Part shown: positions 40,019-50,270 of the stretch, piece after piece
How the letters are laid out: each line of letters starts with the position of its first letter
Numbering within the stretch: the first letter of the stretch is position 1
Assembly (NCBI GenBank): GCA_040220235.1
Contig: JAVJTO010000157.1
DNA from: Coleofasciculus sp. B1-GNL1-01
Lineage (GTDB): Bacteria > Cyanobacteriota > Cyanobacteriia > Cyanobacteriales > Coleofasciculaceae
Length of the DNA stretch: 64,000 bases
Strand: one strand, 5' to 3'
The notes under the pieces: generated by a model
Database searches by the model: none
Told to the model about the DNA's origin: nothing
What the model saw: only the letters and a program-made list of their open reading frames with translations
Translations under genes and position numbers: made by a program

Positions 40019-40849
40019 TTAAAAGGGATTGGGAATTGACGGCACATTGTCTCTCAATACATCGGGAATCTCTATTTGCGGAAACTGCTCATTCAAAACT
40101 TCTTCAAGTTTATCAATTCCTGGAATTGCAATATCAAATCCTTCAAACAACGCCCCGGTGACAATTTCTTCAATTTCCGCTTTTGACAGGTCGATTATCG
40201 TCCCTAACACCCCCTCCGGACTAATATTAATCCCTTGACCTTGACGTAACAAAACGGGCTGAGGGTTCCACAAATTATACCGTTCGCTCAAGGCAACTTC
40301 GCCCTGTAAAACCTTCACTTGTGCTTGTTCATTTTCATCAACTTCCATCAAATAAACCGTTCCCCGCGTCACAGCAGTAATCGAACCGACACATCCTTGC
40401 GCCCCCGAAACCACACTTCTACCACTTCGTAGCCGCACACAGCGACTCCCCACCGTGAGTGCCGAATTTTGTCCAAGTCGCACCCCCGCATTGTTATTAA
40501 ACAGCAAATTTACCCGTGCTTGTTTGGTACTCACTGTTTGTCCTAATGTAGCAACCGCATTAACTTTAGCGGGTTTGTTTTGGATATACGCTTGATTTCC
40601 CCCTAAAATTTCTACAATTTTGGCTTGACTAATTCGTTGCGCTGATGCTGGCGGATTGTGCCATCCCAATGCCATCACGATTAACAAACCACTGATAAAA
40701 CTGACTAAAGATTGCCACCTCAATCTTCTCCCTGGCATCAACGTCTTAGTTGGTTCACCGTGATTCCCTGCTAATTTTACTCTCTGGGTTAAACTGAGAA
40801 TCTGTTTCTTGAAATTAACCCAACTTCTCAGCCTAAGTTTATCGTTCAT
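40019..40849 (-). CDS. FecR-like domain periplasmic protein (start may be 40738)
   Basis: Signal-like segment, V.T..ARV.L.F.N....RLG.NS and A..RGT.Y motifs, directly upstream of the CHASE2 cyclase. Confidence 0.75.
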   Translation of the reverse strand: MNDKLRLRSWVNFKKQILSLTQRVKLAGNHGEPTKTLMPGRRLRWQSLVSFISGLLIVMALGWHNPPASAQRISQAKIVEILGGNQAYIQNKPAKVNAVATLGQTVSTKQARVNLLFNNNAGVRLGQNSALTVGSRCVRLRSGRSVVSGAQGCVGSITAVTRGTVYLMEVDENEQAQVKVLQGEVALSERYNLWNPQPVLLRQGQGINISPEGVLGTIIDLSKAEIEEIVTGALFEGFDIAIPGIDKLEEVLNEQFPQIEIPDVLRDNVPSIPNPF

Positions 40850-40937
40850 AGACGCTGATTAACGTTAAATTTTTGTCCGAACTCTATGATATCAAAGACT
40901 TAGACCAATCAAAGGCTTACCAATGACATAAGACCAA

Positions 40938-41426
40938 TTAGGTTTCCGACGTTTCATTCGCCACCCCTTGCACCACTAAAACGGAACAAGGAACATGGTG
41001 AACAACATGATTACTGACACTGCCTAAAAGCACTTCAGTTAAACCCCGACGACCTCGACGACCAATAACCACTAAATCAGCATCCCAACTGTTCACCAAG
41101 TCTCGAATTGCACTCCCAGCGTCTCCAATTTTGCAGGTCCATTCTGTTGCCACGCCTTCATCTGTTGCCTTCTGGCAATAGCCAGCCAGCCATTTTTGAG
41201 TTTCATCGGTTTCCTTTTTTAACTTTTCTTGCATACGACGGGAGAAGTCAACCAATTCTCTGCCAAACATATCTCCATAAAAACCTACACCTTGGTTTTC
41301 TACAGGCAAGCAATGAAAGAGCATCAATGCTGCATTTTCTTGTTTAGCTAGATCGACGGCTTGGGTAAAGATTCCCTCAGTTTGAGGGGAATTATCAAGG
41401 GCGACTAATATTCTTTTATAGGTCAT
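40938..41426 (-). CDS. Universal stress protein
   Basis: YKRILVALD, ADLVVIGRRG and LLGSVSNHVVHH.PCSVLVV. Confidence 0.95.
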   Translation of the reverse strand: MTYKRILVALDNSPQTEGIFTQAVDLAKQENAALMLFHCLPVENQGVGFYGDMFGRELVDFSRRMQEKLKKETDETQKWLAGYCQKATDEGVATEWTCKIGDAGSAIRDLVNSWDADLVVIGRRGRRGLTEVLLGSVSNHVVHHVPCSVLVVQGVANETSET

Positions 41427-41535
41427 CAGTGTTATCTCCTAATTTTTAAGAAACAGTTGTAAGTGTTGATTGTTTATCCTTGGCTTCGCTAGTTTGACAT
41501 AGTTTTGACCCTTGGCTTCGTTCATGGAACCTAAT

Positions 41536-41604
41536 TTGTAGGGGCGGGTTTAGGGATTTTCGTTTCGCTGTTGATGACAACGTTTATTCAAAACCCGCCC
41601 TGAC
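41536..41604 (-). repeat. REP-like element (CCCGCCCCTAC family)
   Basis: TTGTAGGGGCGGGTTTAGGGA...CAAAACCCGCCCTGACT. Confidence 0.85.
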
Positions 41605-41623
41605 TCCACCTAGAACCAAGCGC

Positions 41624-42790
41624 TCAACTTAACTGGCGAACAAATTTCTCCAATCGATCCATACCCTTTTCAATGGATGGCATATCAGTAGCATAGGACA
41701 GACGGATACAGTTATCGACACCAAAGGCAATACCGGGAACTGTCGCTACTTTCTCAGCCTCTAAAAGGCGATTACAAAACTCCAGGGATTGGAGTCCAGT
41801 TTTGCTAATATCGGCAAAGACGTAGAACGCCCCATTGGGTTGAGAACAACGAATTCCCGGAATATTATTCAGGCGTTCGTATATGACTTGTCGGCGTTTA
41901 GCAAAGGCAAGGCGCATTTCTTCTACACAGTCTTGGGGATTTTCCAGGGCTGCGATCGCGCCATACTGGGCAAAGGTACAAACATTAGAGGTACTGTGGC
42001 TTTGAATCGTGGTAACTGCCTTAATTAAATCCACAGCACCCGCTAAATACCCCACACGCCAACCCGTCATCGAGTAGGCTTTGGCAAACCCATTACTGGT
42101 AATCGTGCGATCAAAGATATCTGATCCAATAGCACCAATACTCAAATGTTGAGCGCCATCGTAAAGAATCTTTTCATAAATTTCATCCGAGACGACTAAA
42201 ATATCCCGTTCTACAATCACTTGGGCAAGGGCTTTGAGTTCCTCTGGGGTATACACCATCCCGGTGGGGTTCGAGGGCGAATTGAGGATAAATAGCTTGG
42301 TTTGGGGCGTAATCGCCGCCTGGAGTTGCTCTGACGTGATTTTATACCCCGTTGACGCATCCGTTTGCACAATGATTGGTGTACCCCCTGCCAGTTTGAC
42401 CATTTCCGGATAGGAAAGCCAATAGGGGGCGGGAATAATCACGTCATCCCCAGGTTCAATCAGCGCTTGCATTAAACCAAATAGGGAATGCTTACCGCCA
42501 TTGGTGACGATGATATTCTCCGGCTGGTACTCTAACCCATTATCTCGGCGCAGTTTATTCGCGATCGCTTGCCGTAATTTCGGTTCCCCTGCGGCGGGTC
42601 CATATTTGGTTTTCCCCTCATCTAGGGCTTTCTTCGCCGCCGCCTTAATATGAGCCGGGGTATCAAAATCCGGTTCCCCTGCGCTGAAACTACACACATC
42701 CAAGCCATCGAGTTTCATCGCCTTGGCTTTGGCGGAAATCGCTAGGGTGAGAGAGGGAGAGACTTGACCAACTCGTGCTGCTAACTGCAT
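41624..42790 (-). CDS. aspC: Aspartate aminotransferase (class I PLP-dependent)
   Basis: [19 protein letters not shown] and [12 protein letters not shown] motifs. Confidence 0.9.
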   Translation of the reverse strand: MQLAARVGQVSPSLTLAISAKAKAMKLDGLDVCSFSAGEPDFDTPAHIKAAAKKALDEGKTKYGPAAGEPKLRQAIANKLRRDNGLEYQPENIIVTNGGKHSLFGLMQALIEPGDDVIIPAPYWLSYPEMVKLAGGTPIIVQTDASTGYKITSEQLQAAITPQTKLFILNSPSNPTGMVYTPEELKALAQVIVERDILVVSDEIYEKILYDGAQHLSIGAIGSDIFDRTITSNGFAKAYSMTGWRVGYLAGAVDLIKAVTTIQSHSTSNVCTFAQYGAIAALENPQDCVEEMRLAFAKRRQVIYERLNNIPGIRCSQPNGAFYVFADISKTGLQSLEFCNRLLEAEKVATVPGIAFGVDNCIRLSYATDMPSIEKGMDRLEKFVRQLS

Positions 42791-43257
42791 TTTTACTCAA
42801 CTTGAACGACTAGACGGTGTGTGAAAAGCACCTGAAAAGCTAGGGTAAGGGCTGGTGTGGGTTGTGGGCGAAAGGTTCAAAGCATTATAGCGATGTCTCA
42901 ACCCGCCCTTCCTCTGTGCAGACACCTTTTTCAACACGCTCTGAGGAAATATACTACTTGATCTCCGTCTAATTACCTATTTTTCACCCCTCCTCTAGAT
43001 TAGTTAGGGTTGTTCAACTTAAGAACGGGTAACTTGATCTGATATGACCTATATTGCTATAAAAACGCTCAAACTCTAAACAATTGAGTAAACAAGAGGA
43101 TTTAAATTTGTTAACTTACGTTAACGAAAACTTACAAATTATATCTTTCCTAAATAGATGTATTGTTTTGCATGATTTCAGCCACAACAACAGAGAACTT
43201 GAATTACTATTTTTATCAATATCAAGATATTGCTGTCACTCGTGAGGATGGTTGTAG

Positions 43258-43650
43258 ATGTTAGACGTAGAACGATACTACCGAGTCTTGGATTTAGATT
43301 CTAATGCCTCACCCGAGGAAGTCCACCAAGGGTATCTAGACATGACGTGGGTATGGCATCCTGACCGTTTTGTGGGTCATCCCCGCCTACAACGGAAAGC
43401 CCAGCACAAGTTACAAGAACTGAATGAAGCCCATGAATGCTTGCGTTCTCAATCGGCGGCTAAACGTAGACAAATGGCTCGTAAGTCAAAATACTCAGCT
43501 TCATCACCGCCAGCCCGTCATTCACCATCCCCAAATTTATCCAAATCACCAACCCAACAGAAGCAAAGAAAACAGGCTCCGCCAACGGTTAACACCAAGA
43601 AACCACCCATTCATTTTAAAGCCAATCCCATCGATGATTGGTTAGATTAA
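43258..43650 (+). CDS. Small J-domain (DnaJ-type) protein
   Basis: YY.VL.L...AS..EV, WHPDRF and LNEA motifs, basic disordered tail. Confidence 0.88.
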   Translation: MLDVERYYRVLDLDSNASPEEVHQGYLDMTWVWHPDRFVGHPRLQRKAQHKLQELNEAHECLRSQSAAKRRQMARKSKYSASSPPARHSPSPNLSKSPTQQKQRKQAPPTVNTKKPPIHFKANPIDDWLD

Positions 43651-43682
43651 AATTAGGCAACGTGGAACGTCTTTGAGCTAAC

Positions 43683-43819
43683 TAAGTGGGTGGACACAGT
43701 TAAAGTTAACTGTGGTGATCGTCATTCGTCATTCGTCATTCGTCATTCGTCCTTTGTAAGAGTCTGAGGGTTGTTTACATAACTTAATATATTTGAGTTT
43801 ATTTACACCAACCTACTTA
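43683..43819 (+). mobile_element. MITE-like element TAAGT(G/A)GGTGG...CCAACCTACTTA with (TCGTCAT)n cargo
   Basis: Inverted termini, second copy at 49164-49334. Confidence 0.8.
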
Positions 43820-43827
43820 ACAATCAA

Positions 43828-44631
43828 TCAGCTCTGCAAAAGTGCAGCTTCTGGTTGATCGGTGAGTAACTCAATAATCTGATCGGTGTAGTCTTGAAAC
43901 GCCGACAAACGTTTAATTTTCAGCCTACGTCCATCAGAATTATCAGTTACGCGATCGCGCGGTAAATCAATCCTCACTTCCCCTTGAATTGTACCCGGTT
44001 GCGTCGTCAGCACATAAATGCGTTGGGAGAGAAACACCGCTTCCCCTACATCATGGGTAATCATCAAAATTGTTGTCCCCGTTCGTTGCCATAATTGTAG
44101 GAGGAATTGCTGCATGGCTTCGCGAGTTTGCACATCCAAGGCGCCAAAGGGTTCATCCAGGAGTAAAATTTTAGGCTGACAGGCTAACGCCCGTGCGATC
44201 GCGACTCGTTGTTTCATTCCCCCGGAGAGTTCTTTGGGCAGTGCTTTAGCAAACTTTGATAATCCCACAACCTCTAAATAATAGGATATCTGCTGCCGTC
44301 GTTGCGCTTTGGATAGTCCCTGTAACTTTAAACCAAATCCCACATTATTAGCTACCGTCATCCAGGGATAGAGGGTATAACTTTGAAATACCATCCCTCG
44401 ATCTGAACCGGGTCCAGTCACTCGCACGCCATCGACACAGATTTCACCTGCCGTTGGTTGATCCAACCCGGCAACTAGACGTAATAACGTTGATTTACCC
44501 GAACCTGATGCACCCACTACACTCACAAATTCACCCGTTTCAATGTGCATATTGATATCTTTAAGGGCAACTGTGACATCCTTACGACTGGAGAATTGTT
44601 TATAAAGTTGAGAAACAGTTAGTTGGCTCAT
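43828..44631 (-). CDS. NitT/TauT ABC transporter ATP-binding protein
   Basis: GASGSGKS, LSGGMKQR, LLDEPF and THD motifs. Confidence 0.95.
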   Translation of the reverse strand: MSQLTVSQLYKQFSSRKDVTVALKDINMHIETGEFVSVVGASGSGKSTLLRLVAGLDQPTAGEICVDGVRVTGPGSDRGMVFQSYTLYPWMTVANNVGFGLKLQGLSKAQRRQQISYYLEVVGLSKFAKALPKELSGGMKQRVAIARALACQPKILLLDEPFGALDVQTREAMQQFLLQLWQRTGTTILMITHDVGEAVFLSQRIYVLTTQPGTIQGEVRIDLPRDRVTDNSDGRRLKIKRLSAFQDYTDQIIELLTDQPEAALLQS

Positions 44632-44658
44632 TAGTCATTTGTCCTTTATAGTTAATCA

Positions 44659-45507
44659 TCAATCTATAGTCCATTTACATGATAATCGCAGCAGCAATCT
44701 AAATAACAAATCGAACGTTAGACCAATTAGTCCAATAACAATGAGTCCCGCAAAAATTTGATCCGTTCTCAGAAACCGCTGTGCCACACTAATCCGGCGT
44801 CCCAATCCTTCAGTTGCTGCCACTAATTCTGCCACAATCACTAAATTCCAAGAGGCGGCAATATTGACCCGGCAAGCATCAATGATGCTGGGCAGAATAA
44901 AGGGAAAAACAACATTCAGTAAAACTTGATGGCGTTTTCCCCCTAACGTATAAGATGTTTCAATTAACTCCTTGGGGACAAACTTCACCGAATCCATGAC
45001 CATCAGTGTATTAAAAAATAAAGTGCCGATAAAAATCAGCAAAATTTTCGGGGTTTCGCCAACACCAAAGTATAAAATGAGTAACGGAATAAAGGCTGGC
45101 GCAGGCATATATCGCACAATTCCAATAATCGGTTCCATTAACGCCCGAATACTGGCAAATGTTCCCATGAAAGTTCCCAAGGGAATCGAAATCAAGGCGG
45201 CGAGGAGAAACCCACTCAGAACCCGAAACACACTTGCTAAAATATCCTGGCGCAAATCGCCACTTGTCCAAAGTGACACAATCGCTTGCCAAACATTCTC
45301 TGGTGTCGGTAAAAACAGAGGCTCAACCCACCCCGAATGAGAAACCAGCCACCATAACCCCAATGGAATACCGATAGACAAAACCATCAATGTCCAAGTT
45401 AAGGATTTGGGAATGTCTTCGGCAATACGCCAAAATACCGTAGGTTTCAGTGTATGAGGAGAAGGTGTTACCTCTCTTGTACACAAATTGTCAGAAGTCC
45501 GAATCAT
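44659..45507 (-). CDS. NitT/TauT ABC transporter permease
   Basis: LPTP..V, RYMP..AFIPL and W..VIVAELV motifs. Confidence 0.93.
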   Translation of the reverse strand: MIRTSDNLCTREVTPSPHTLKPTVFWRIAEDIPKSLTWTLMVLSIGIPLGLWWLVSHSGWVEPLFLPTPENVWQAIVSLWTSGDLRQDILASVFRVLSGFLLAALISIPLGTFMGTFASIRALMEPIIGIVRYMPAPAFIPLLILYFGVGETPKILLIFIGTLFFNTLMVMDSVKFVPKELIETSYTLGGKRHQVLLNVVFPFILPSIIDACRVNIAASWNLVIVAELVAATEGLGRRISVAQRFLRTDQIFAGLIVIGLIGLTFDLLFRLLLRLSCKWTID

Positions 45508-45648
45508 TAAAATTTACCCGAAACGATTGGCTGCAATTCTCTACATCATCTTCTTAGGTTGATACACACCGGGTTGTTGTGGATAAAGATTCACAATGAA
45601 TTAGGGCAACCACAATTGTGTACAAGAGCAAATCAGTCCTGAATCGAT

Positions 45649-46674
45649 TCAGTTTTGCTGCTTTTCCGCATAGGCTTTAACAAAGCGATCATCTAAGAGT
45701 TGCCCCAAATCAGGAGCTTGTTCAATCAAACCCGTCTCTACCAAAAATGTACTAATTTCTTCAGCCGCATAAGGAAGTGATGTCATATCATCTCCTGGTT
45801 CAAACGCGGCTAAATTATCTTCAATACTAAAAATAGTAGTGCCAGCATCGTATTCCTTATATTCCTCCTCCGTCACTCCAGCTCGTTTGGCTAAAATCTG
45901 CAAAGACTTTTCCGAATTTTTATCCATAAAATTCAGCGTGTCAAACCACGTATTGACTAAAGCTTGTACCGCTTCCGGACGTTCCTCAACCATTTGCCGA
46001 CTTACAACGAGATGATCAGGAATTGCACCAGGAAAGTCTTTTGAACTAAACAACTCTTTACTCCCTGGACGTTCTAATGCCTTGGTTGTAAACGGCGCAA
46101 ATATACCGACAGCATCCACCTGTCCGGCAACAAAGGCGGCGGCGGCTGCCCCTGTTTCTAAGGGTTTGATTTCCACATCATCTGGAGATAATCCAGCTTC
46201 TTCTAAACCCAATAGTAAAAGGAAATGATCAACTGTCCCCTCTTCGACGGCAATCGTTTTTCCGGCTAAATCCTTGACCTCATCAATCCCTTCACGAACA
46301 ATGATTTTGTCATTTCCGGTTGAATTATCATTCACCAAAACAATAACTTGATCCGAACCAGCGGCAACGGAACTAATCGTGTCATTCAAGGTTTGGGTAT
46401 TAGCATCTAACTGACCTGCGGCTAGGGCATTAATTGAATCCAGATAGCCATCAAACCACTTCAAATCCACTTTCACATCATTGGCGGTAAAGAGTTGTTC
46501 TTCCTCGGCGATTTGCCAGGGAAACCAACCGGGCCACGCACTGAATCCCATCTGAACGGCTGGTGTTGAGGGGGATTCAGAGGTAGAGACATCAGTAGCA
46601 GGAGTACAGCTAACCGCAATCGTTAAACTGACAAAAAATAAGGTAAACCAGGCAACAATAGTCCGAATTTTCAT
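45649..46674 (-). CDS. NitT/TauT substrate-binding lipoprotein
   Basis: Lipobox IAVSC, GFSAWPGWFPW and DNSTGND. ATG at 46674, since the longer ORF start lies inside a REP. Confidence 0.9.
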   Translation of the reverse strand: MKIRTIVAWFTLFFVSLTIAVSCTPATDVSTSESPSTPAVQMGFSAWPGWFPWQIAEEEQLFTANDVKVDLKWFDGYLDSINALAAGQLDANTQTLNDTISSVAAGSDQVIVLVNDNSTGNDKIIVREGIDEVKDLAGKTIAVEEGTVDHFLLLLGLEEAGLSPDDVEIKPLETGAAAAAFVAGQVDAVGIFAPFTTKALERPGSKELFSSKDFPGAIPDHLVVSRQMVEERPEAVQALVNTWFDTLNFMDKNSEKSLQILAKRAGVTEEEYKEYDAGTTIFSIEDNLAAFEPGDDMTSLPYAAEEISTFLVETGLIEQAPDLGQLLDDRFVKAYAEKQQN

Positions 46675-46704
46675 GGTTTTAAACTCCACATTGAATACTT
46701 GATC

Positions 46705-46778
46705 GGGGCGGGTGTAGGGTGCGTTAGCGTAAGCGTAACGCACCATTTGAAAAGATAATAGTGAAACCCGCCCCTACA
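46705..46778. repeat. Nested REPs: GTAGGGTGCGTTAGCGTAAGCGTAACGCACC inside GGGGCGGG...CCCGCCCCTAC
   Basis: The inner hairpin at 46713-46744 interrupts the outer element. Confidence 0.75.
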
Positions 46779-46792
46779 CACTCAAAACTTTC

Positions 46793-48352
46793 TTAGTTAA
46801 CCCGAACTAAGCGTATTTCTGTACGCTGTTGACGAGGATCTGTCGGCGGAATTCCAGGCAGAGGTTGATTAAAGCCTTTACCTTCTGCGACAAAGTTATG
46901 CTTAAGACCACGATTTTTGAGATAGTTCACCACAACTTGGGCGCGTTGTTGACTCAAGGTTTGGTTCAGCGCTGCTGCCCCTGTTTTCGAGGTATGACCA
47001 ATCACCCGCACGGCTAAAGTTTGGGGATTAAACTCCTGAATTTCAGTGGCTAACTGATTCAGAGTTTGTTGCCCTTGATTCGTTAATGTCGCTGAACCCA
47101 CACCAAATTTAACTTCGCCTCGCACTTCTAAGTTGCCAATATCCGGTGCAGCGGTAATCTGTTGGGCGGAGACTTGCGGCACAGCAGCAACGGTTTGCCC
47201 CTTCCCAGAAAGTCGGTCTGCCAATTCTGGGTTATCGGCACGCACTAGGCTAATTAAGGTTTCGGTATTATTTGCCGCTTTGGTGAGAAACTGAGGTGAA
47301 AATAAGGTCTGGGGGTTTTGAGGAACATCATTTAATCGACCCGCTAAAACTAATACGGCGGCGGTGGAACCAATCCGTTTTTCTAGGATATTATCACTCA
47401 TCCATTGCTGGGCTTCAGAGGCAGTAAAAAAGTCAATTCCCTGTAAAACGGCACTAGCTTCACTAGAAGATAATTCCCCATCTTCTGCGATTTGTGTTTT
47501 TAATTGGGAGGGTTCGCGAACATTAGCGTCAATCCGGCGATAGTAGGCTTCCAGTAGTTCTGAAATTTTCTCTGGTTGAGACTCAATCAAGCGATTGGAT
47601 GCCACAATCACATCCACAATAGCTTGGGGTGCATCCTGACTGGATAAAACGACAGTATGCCCTTGTTTTTTGGCTTGGGTGACATAGGGTTCCCAAATCA
47701 CCGCCACCGCCACATTCTGATTGGGATCTTGTAAAAGTTGCCACGCCTCAGATGCATCAGCGACTTTTTTGACTTGAAAATCAGCCAGCTTAAACGCCTC
47801 AAACTTGGTACTCAACACCAGCGCCAGGTACTCACTGGGGGTATCGCCCGCAAAGGTGAGGGTTAACTGTCGTCCTTGCGATCGCTCCTGCTCAACTAAT
47901 CGCTTAAGATCTAAGAGTGACTTCAGGTTTGGATATTTCTTCGTATTCAGCACAACGGCATCAGCGCCTACCGTGCGGTCAATCAAGCCAATAATTTGTC
48001 CTTCGGGTTGTTGTTGCAGGAACTGATCTAATGTCGTGACTAATAAATCGGCTTTTCCCTGATTCAATAATTCAGCCCGTCTAGCTTGATCAAACTCATC
48101 TTGATAGCGCAGTTTCAGCCCAACCTCTTCTAATGCCTCTTGAAACGGCTGACTGCGAAACGTGCTATAGCCGCTGAATGTATCTCCCAGAATTCTCAGT
48201 TCACCTTTGGCGGCTTTGGTTTGACTCTGACTTGACAGATTAGGAACTAGATCAGGTGCCGCCTTACTCAACACCCACAGACCACCTCCAATCAGACCCA
48301 AGGTAGCGGCTAAAGCTAAAATCAATACTAGCGGATTATCGCGTTTACTCAT
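46793..48352 (-). CDS. Membrane-anchored SBP(NMT1-like)-OmpA_C fusion protein
   Basis: N-terminal TM, DTFSGY...D.T.GADA...WEP..T SBP, and OmpA C-terminal motifs (VIGHT, N..LS.QRA..V, G.G...P, R..EI). Confidence 0.85.
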   Translation of the reverse strand: MSKRDNPLVLILALAATLGLIGGGLWVLSKAAPDLVPNLSSQSQTKAAKGELRILGDTFSGYSTFRSQPFQEALEEVGLKLRYQDEFDQARRAELLNQGKADLLVTTLDQFLQQQPEGQIIGLIDRTVGADAVVLNTKKYPNLKSLLDLKRLVEQERSQGRQLTLTFAGDTPSEYLALVLSTKFEAFKLADFQVKKVADASEAWQLLQDPNQNVAVAVIWEPYVTQAKKQGHTVVLSSQDAPQAIVDVIVASNRLIESQPEKISELLEAYYRRIDANVREPSQLKTQIAEDGELSSSEASAVLQGIDFFTASEAQQWMSDNILEKRIGSTAAVLVLAGRLNDVPQNPQTLFSPQFLTKAANNTETLISLVRADNPELADRLSGKGQTVAAVPQVSAQQITAAPDIGNLEVRGEVKFGVGSATLTNQGQQTLNQLATEIQEFNPQTLAVRVIGHTSKTGAAALNQTLSQQRAQVVVNYLKNRGLKHNFVAEGKGFNQPLPGIPPTDPRQQRTEIRLVRVN

Positions 48353-48754
48353 AACCTATAATCGACCTATTCTATTTCACTATGCTAGCGGTTGATTTAT
48401 TGTACTTTATGTAACATTTTGGCGCGGGTTTCTGTAACGTTATGGTTTTTACAGATGTCACCGCATCCATGAATCAACCCAGATGCCGTAGGTCTACTCT
48501 CACTCACGCTCTCAACCCCCATTGGTTTTTTAGTGGACATCTGCAAGTTTCTCTCTAAATTTTGGCAGATTCAATGGGAAAAAGTCAGGAATAAAGCACA
48601 GATTAGCTCGGAATAAGTCAGGATCTCACTCAAGATGGCTCAGGTCAATTCAGATAAATGTCATGCGGCTTAATCCTAAATCTGGGGAGCAACAAAGGCT
48701 TATTTCTGTGACATTCAGATTAAGATAGTTCTACGCTCATTGGAGAATTTTTTC

Positions 48755-49087
48755 ATGAATGCCTATTTCGCTTTAATTATTTCGATTCTTATCGGTATCG
48801 GTGGGCAACTAAGCCTTAAAGCTGGTGCTATGCAGGGTATTGGCAATAAGCTTTTCTTTCTTCAGCCCTACATTATTGTGGGATTATCCTCTTATTTCTG
48901 TGCTTCCCTTTTCTATATCTTTGCCCTTAGGGAAATCCCTGTTTCTGTGGCTTTTCCTAGCGTTTCAATTAGTTATGTAGCGGTGGCTTTTTTGGCTCAT
49001 TTAATTTGGGGAGAACCGTTTGGCATCAGACAGGTTCTTGCCCTAGGGTTAATTGCTCTGGGAATATACACCTTATCCCAAAAGTAA
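48755..49087 (+). CDS. SMR/EamA-like small transporter (ArnE/F-like)
   Basis: Four TM helices, GQL.LK, IPVSVAFP and GE motifs, GGAG RBS. Confidence 0.85.
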   Translation: MNAYFALIISILIGIGGQLSLKAGAMQGIGNKLFFLQPYIIVGLSSYFCASLFYIFALREIPVSVAFPSVSISYVAVAFLAHLIWGEPFGIRQVLALGLIALGIYTLSQK

Positions 49088-49163
49088 ATTAATCTGGAAA
49101 AATCGTTAAAGTCGCACCCAAAGAGCATCACATTGAGTATTTTCGGACTTTTAGCATCAGTTG

Positions 49164-49334
49164 TAAGTAGGTGGACACAATTAAAGTTAACGGTGGAGAT
49201 TAGGGAACACCTCGACTTACCTCGACGCCGCTCGGTAACACGCTCGGTGTATAACAGGGAACAGGGAACAGTAAGGGTTTGAGGCTTGTTTACATAACTT
49301 AATCTAGTTAAGTTTATTTCCACCAACCTACTTA
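49164..49334 (+). mobile_element. MITE-like element, second TAAGTAGGTGG copy with different cargo
   Basis: Same ends as 43683, interior AGGGAAC heptamers plus a nested CCTCGAC...CGCTCGG insert. Confidence 0.8.
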
Positions 49335-49438
49335 GTCATTAATTGTGAATACCCAGAAGAGACATTAAACATGTCCCTAATTACCTGTTCCCCAATCACC
49401 AAAAACCTAGATGTAACCCTTTTGGGTGCGAAATACCA

Positions 49439-49948
49439 TTAAATATCGCTTTCGCTCAATTCACGAGTCATGTAGTCGAATGGCTGATCTACAAATGCCG
49501 TATTAGCAACTCCAGTGGCGGCGACTTGTTCTTTCAGGATATCTTTCATAATTTGGATACCACGAACCGTCGGACCAATAGGAACCCCCAACGAATTGTA
49601 GGTTTCCCGCAAACCTTGCAAGACCCGTTCATCTAGGACATCCATGCTCCCGGCAACCAGTGCATAACTGGCATAGCGGAGATAATAGTCCATATCCCGC
49701 AGACAAGCGGCATAGCGACGAGTCGTGTAAGCATTACCACCCGGACGAATCAGTTCCGGCACGTCTTCAAAGAGTTGCGATCCTGCCTGCTTGACAATTG
49801 AGGCGGCGTTGGCATTAATCACTGCTGCTGCCATAATTCGGGCTGTACCACTGTCAAAGTAAGATTTGAGTAAATCGATCGCATCGCGATCAAGGTAACG
49901 ACCGCTAATATCGTAGTTTCTAATCAGGCTTGTAATCGCATCCCGCAT
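49439..49948 (-). CDS. apcF: Allophycocyanin beta-18 subunit
   Basis: MRDAIT.LI.NYD..GRYLD and RPGGNAYTTRRYAACLRDMDYYLRY, 169 aa, divergent from glnA. Confidence 0.95.
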   Translation of the reverse strand: MRDAITSLIRNYDISGRYLDRDAIDLLKSYFDSGTARIMAAAVINANAASIVKQAGSQLFEDVPELIRPGGNAYTTRRYAACLRDMDYYLRYASYALVAGSMDVLDERVLQGLRETYNSLGVPIGPTVRGIQIMKDILKEQVAATGVANTAFVDQPFDYMTRELSESDI

Positions 49949-50167
49949 GAGTCGGCTCTCCCAATCTATATATCTTTATCTATTTATATTGCCAGTTATT
50001 GCGACGCTCTCATCAAAAGTCTCTGGAATGAGAATTCCTGCACCATTCTTGAGCATATAAGCTGGACTGCCCAACTATTGCTCCCAAAGCAACTTGGCTT
50101 ATCTAGACTAGAATACGTCATTGTTGAGCGGATTGACAAATAGGGGACGGGCAATCCTTATCATTTT

Positions 50168-50181
50168 GTAATATTTAATAC
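50168..50181. promoter_or_regulatory. Upstream NtcA box
   Basis: T-GTA-ATATTTAA-TAC-A (GTA-N8-TAC). Confidence 0.7.
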
Positions 50182-50228
50182 AATTTAATCTTTTTCTTAG
50201 GACATCAAGGATCAGGAAACGAGATTCT

Positions 50229-50270
50229 GTAACTTTGGATACAAAAGCTCCCTCTCCCTCTCCCTAGGAT
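50229..50270 (+). promoter_or_regulatory. NtcA-activated (class II) glnA promoter
   Basis: GTA-ACTTTGGA-TAC (50229-50242), 22-nt spacer, then a TAGGAT -10 box (TAN3T, 50265-50270). Confidence 0.85.

Noticed and set aside
42920..42945. IS-end-like remnant CTTTTTCAACACGCTCT
   Set aside because: A single short match with no convincing partner end or transposase.
46675..46746. N-terminal extension MVRYAYANAPY of the SBP ORF
   Set aside because: It is translated REP sequence. The signal peptide and lipobox start at 46674.
48352..49087. Guanidine riboswitch with a Gdx exporter
   Set aside because: No ykkC-type consensus was seen, and the SMR has GQL.LK instead of the Gdx/EmrE TM1 Glu.
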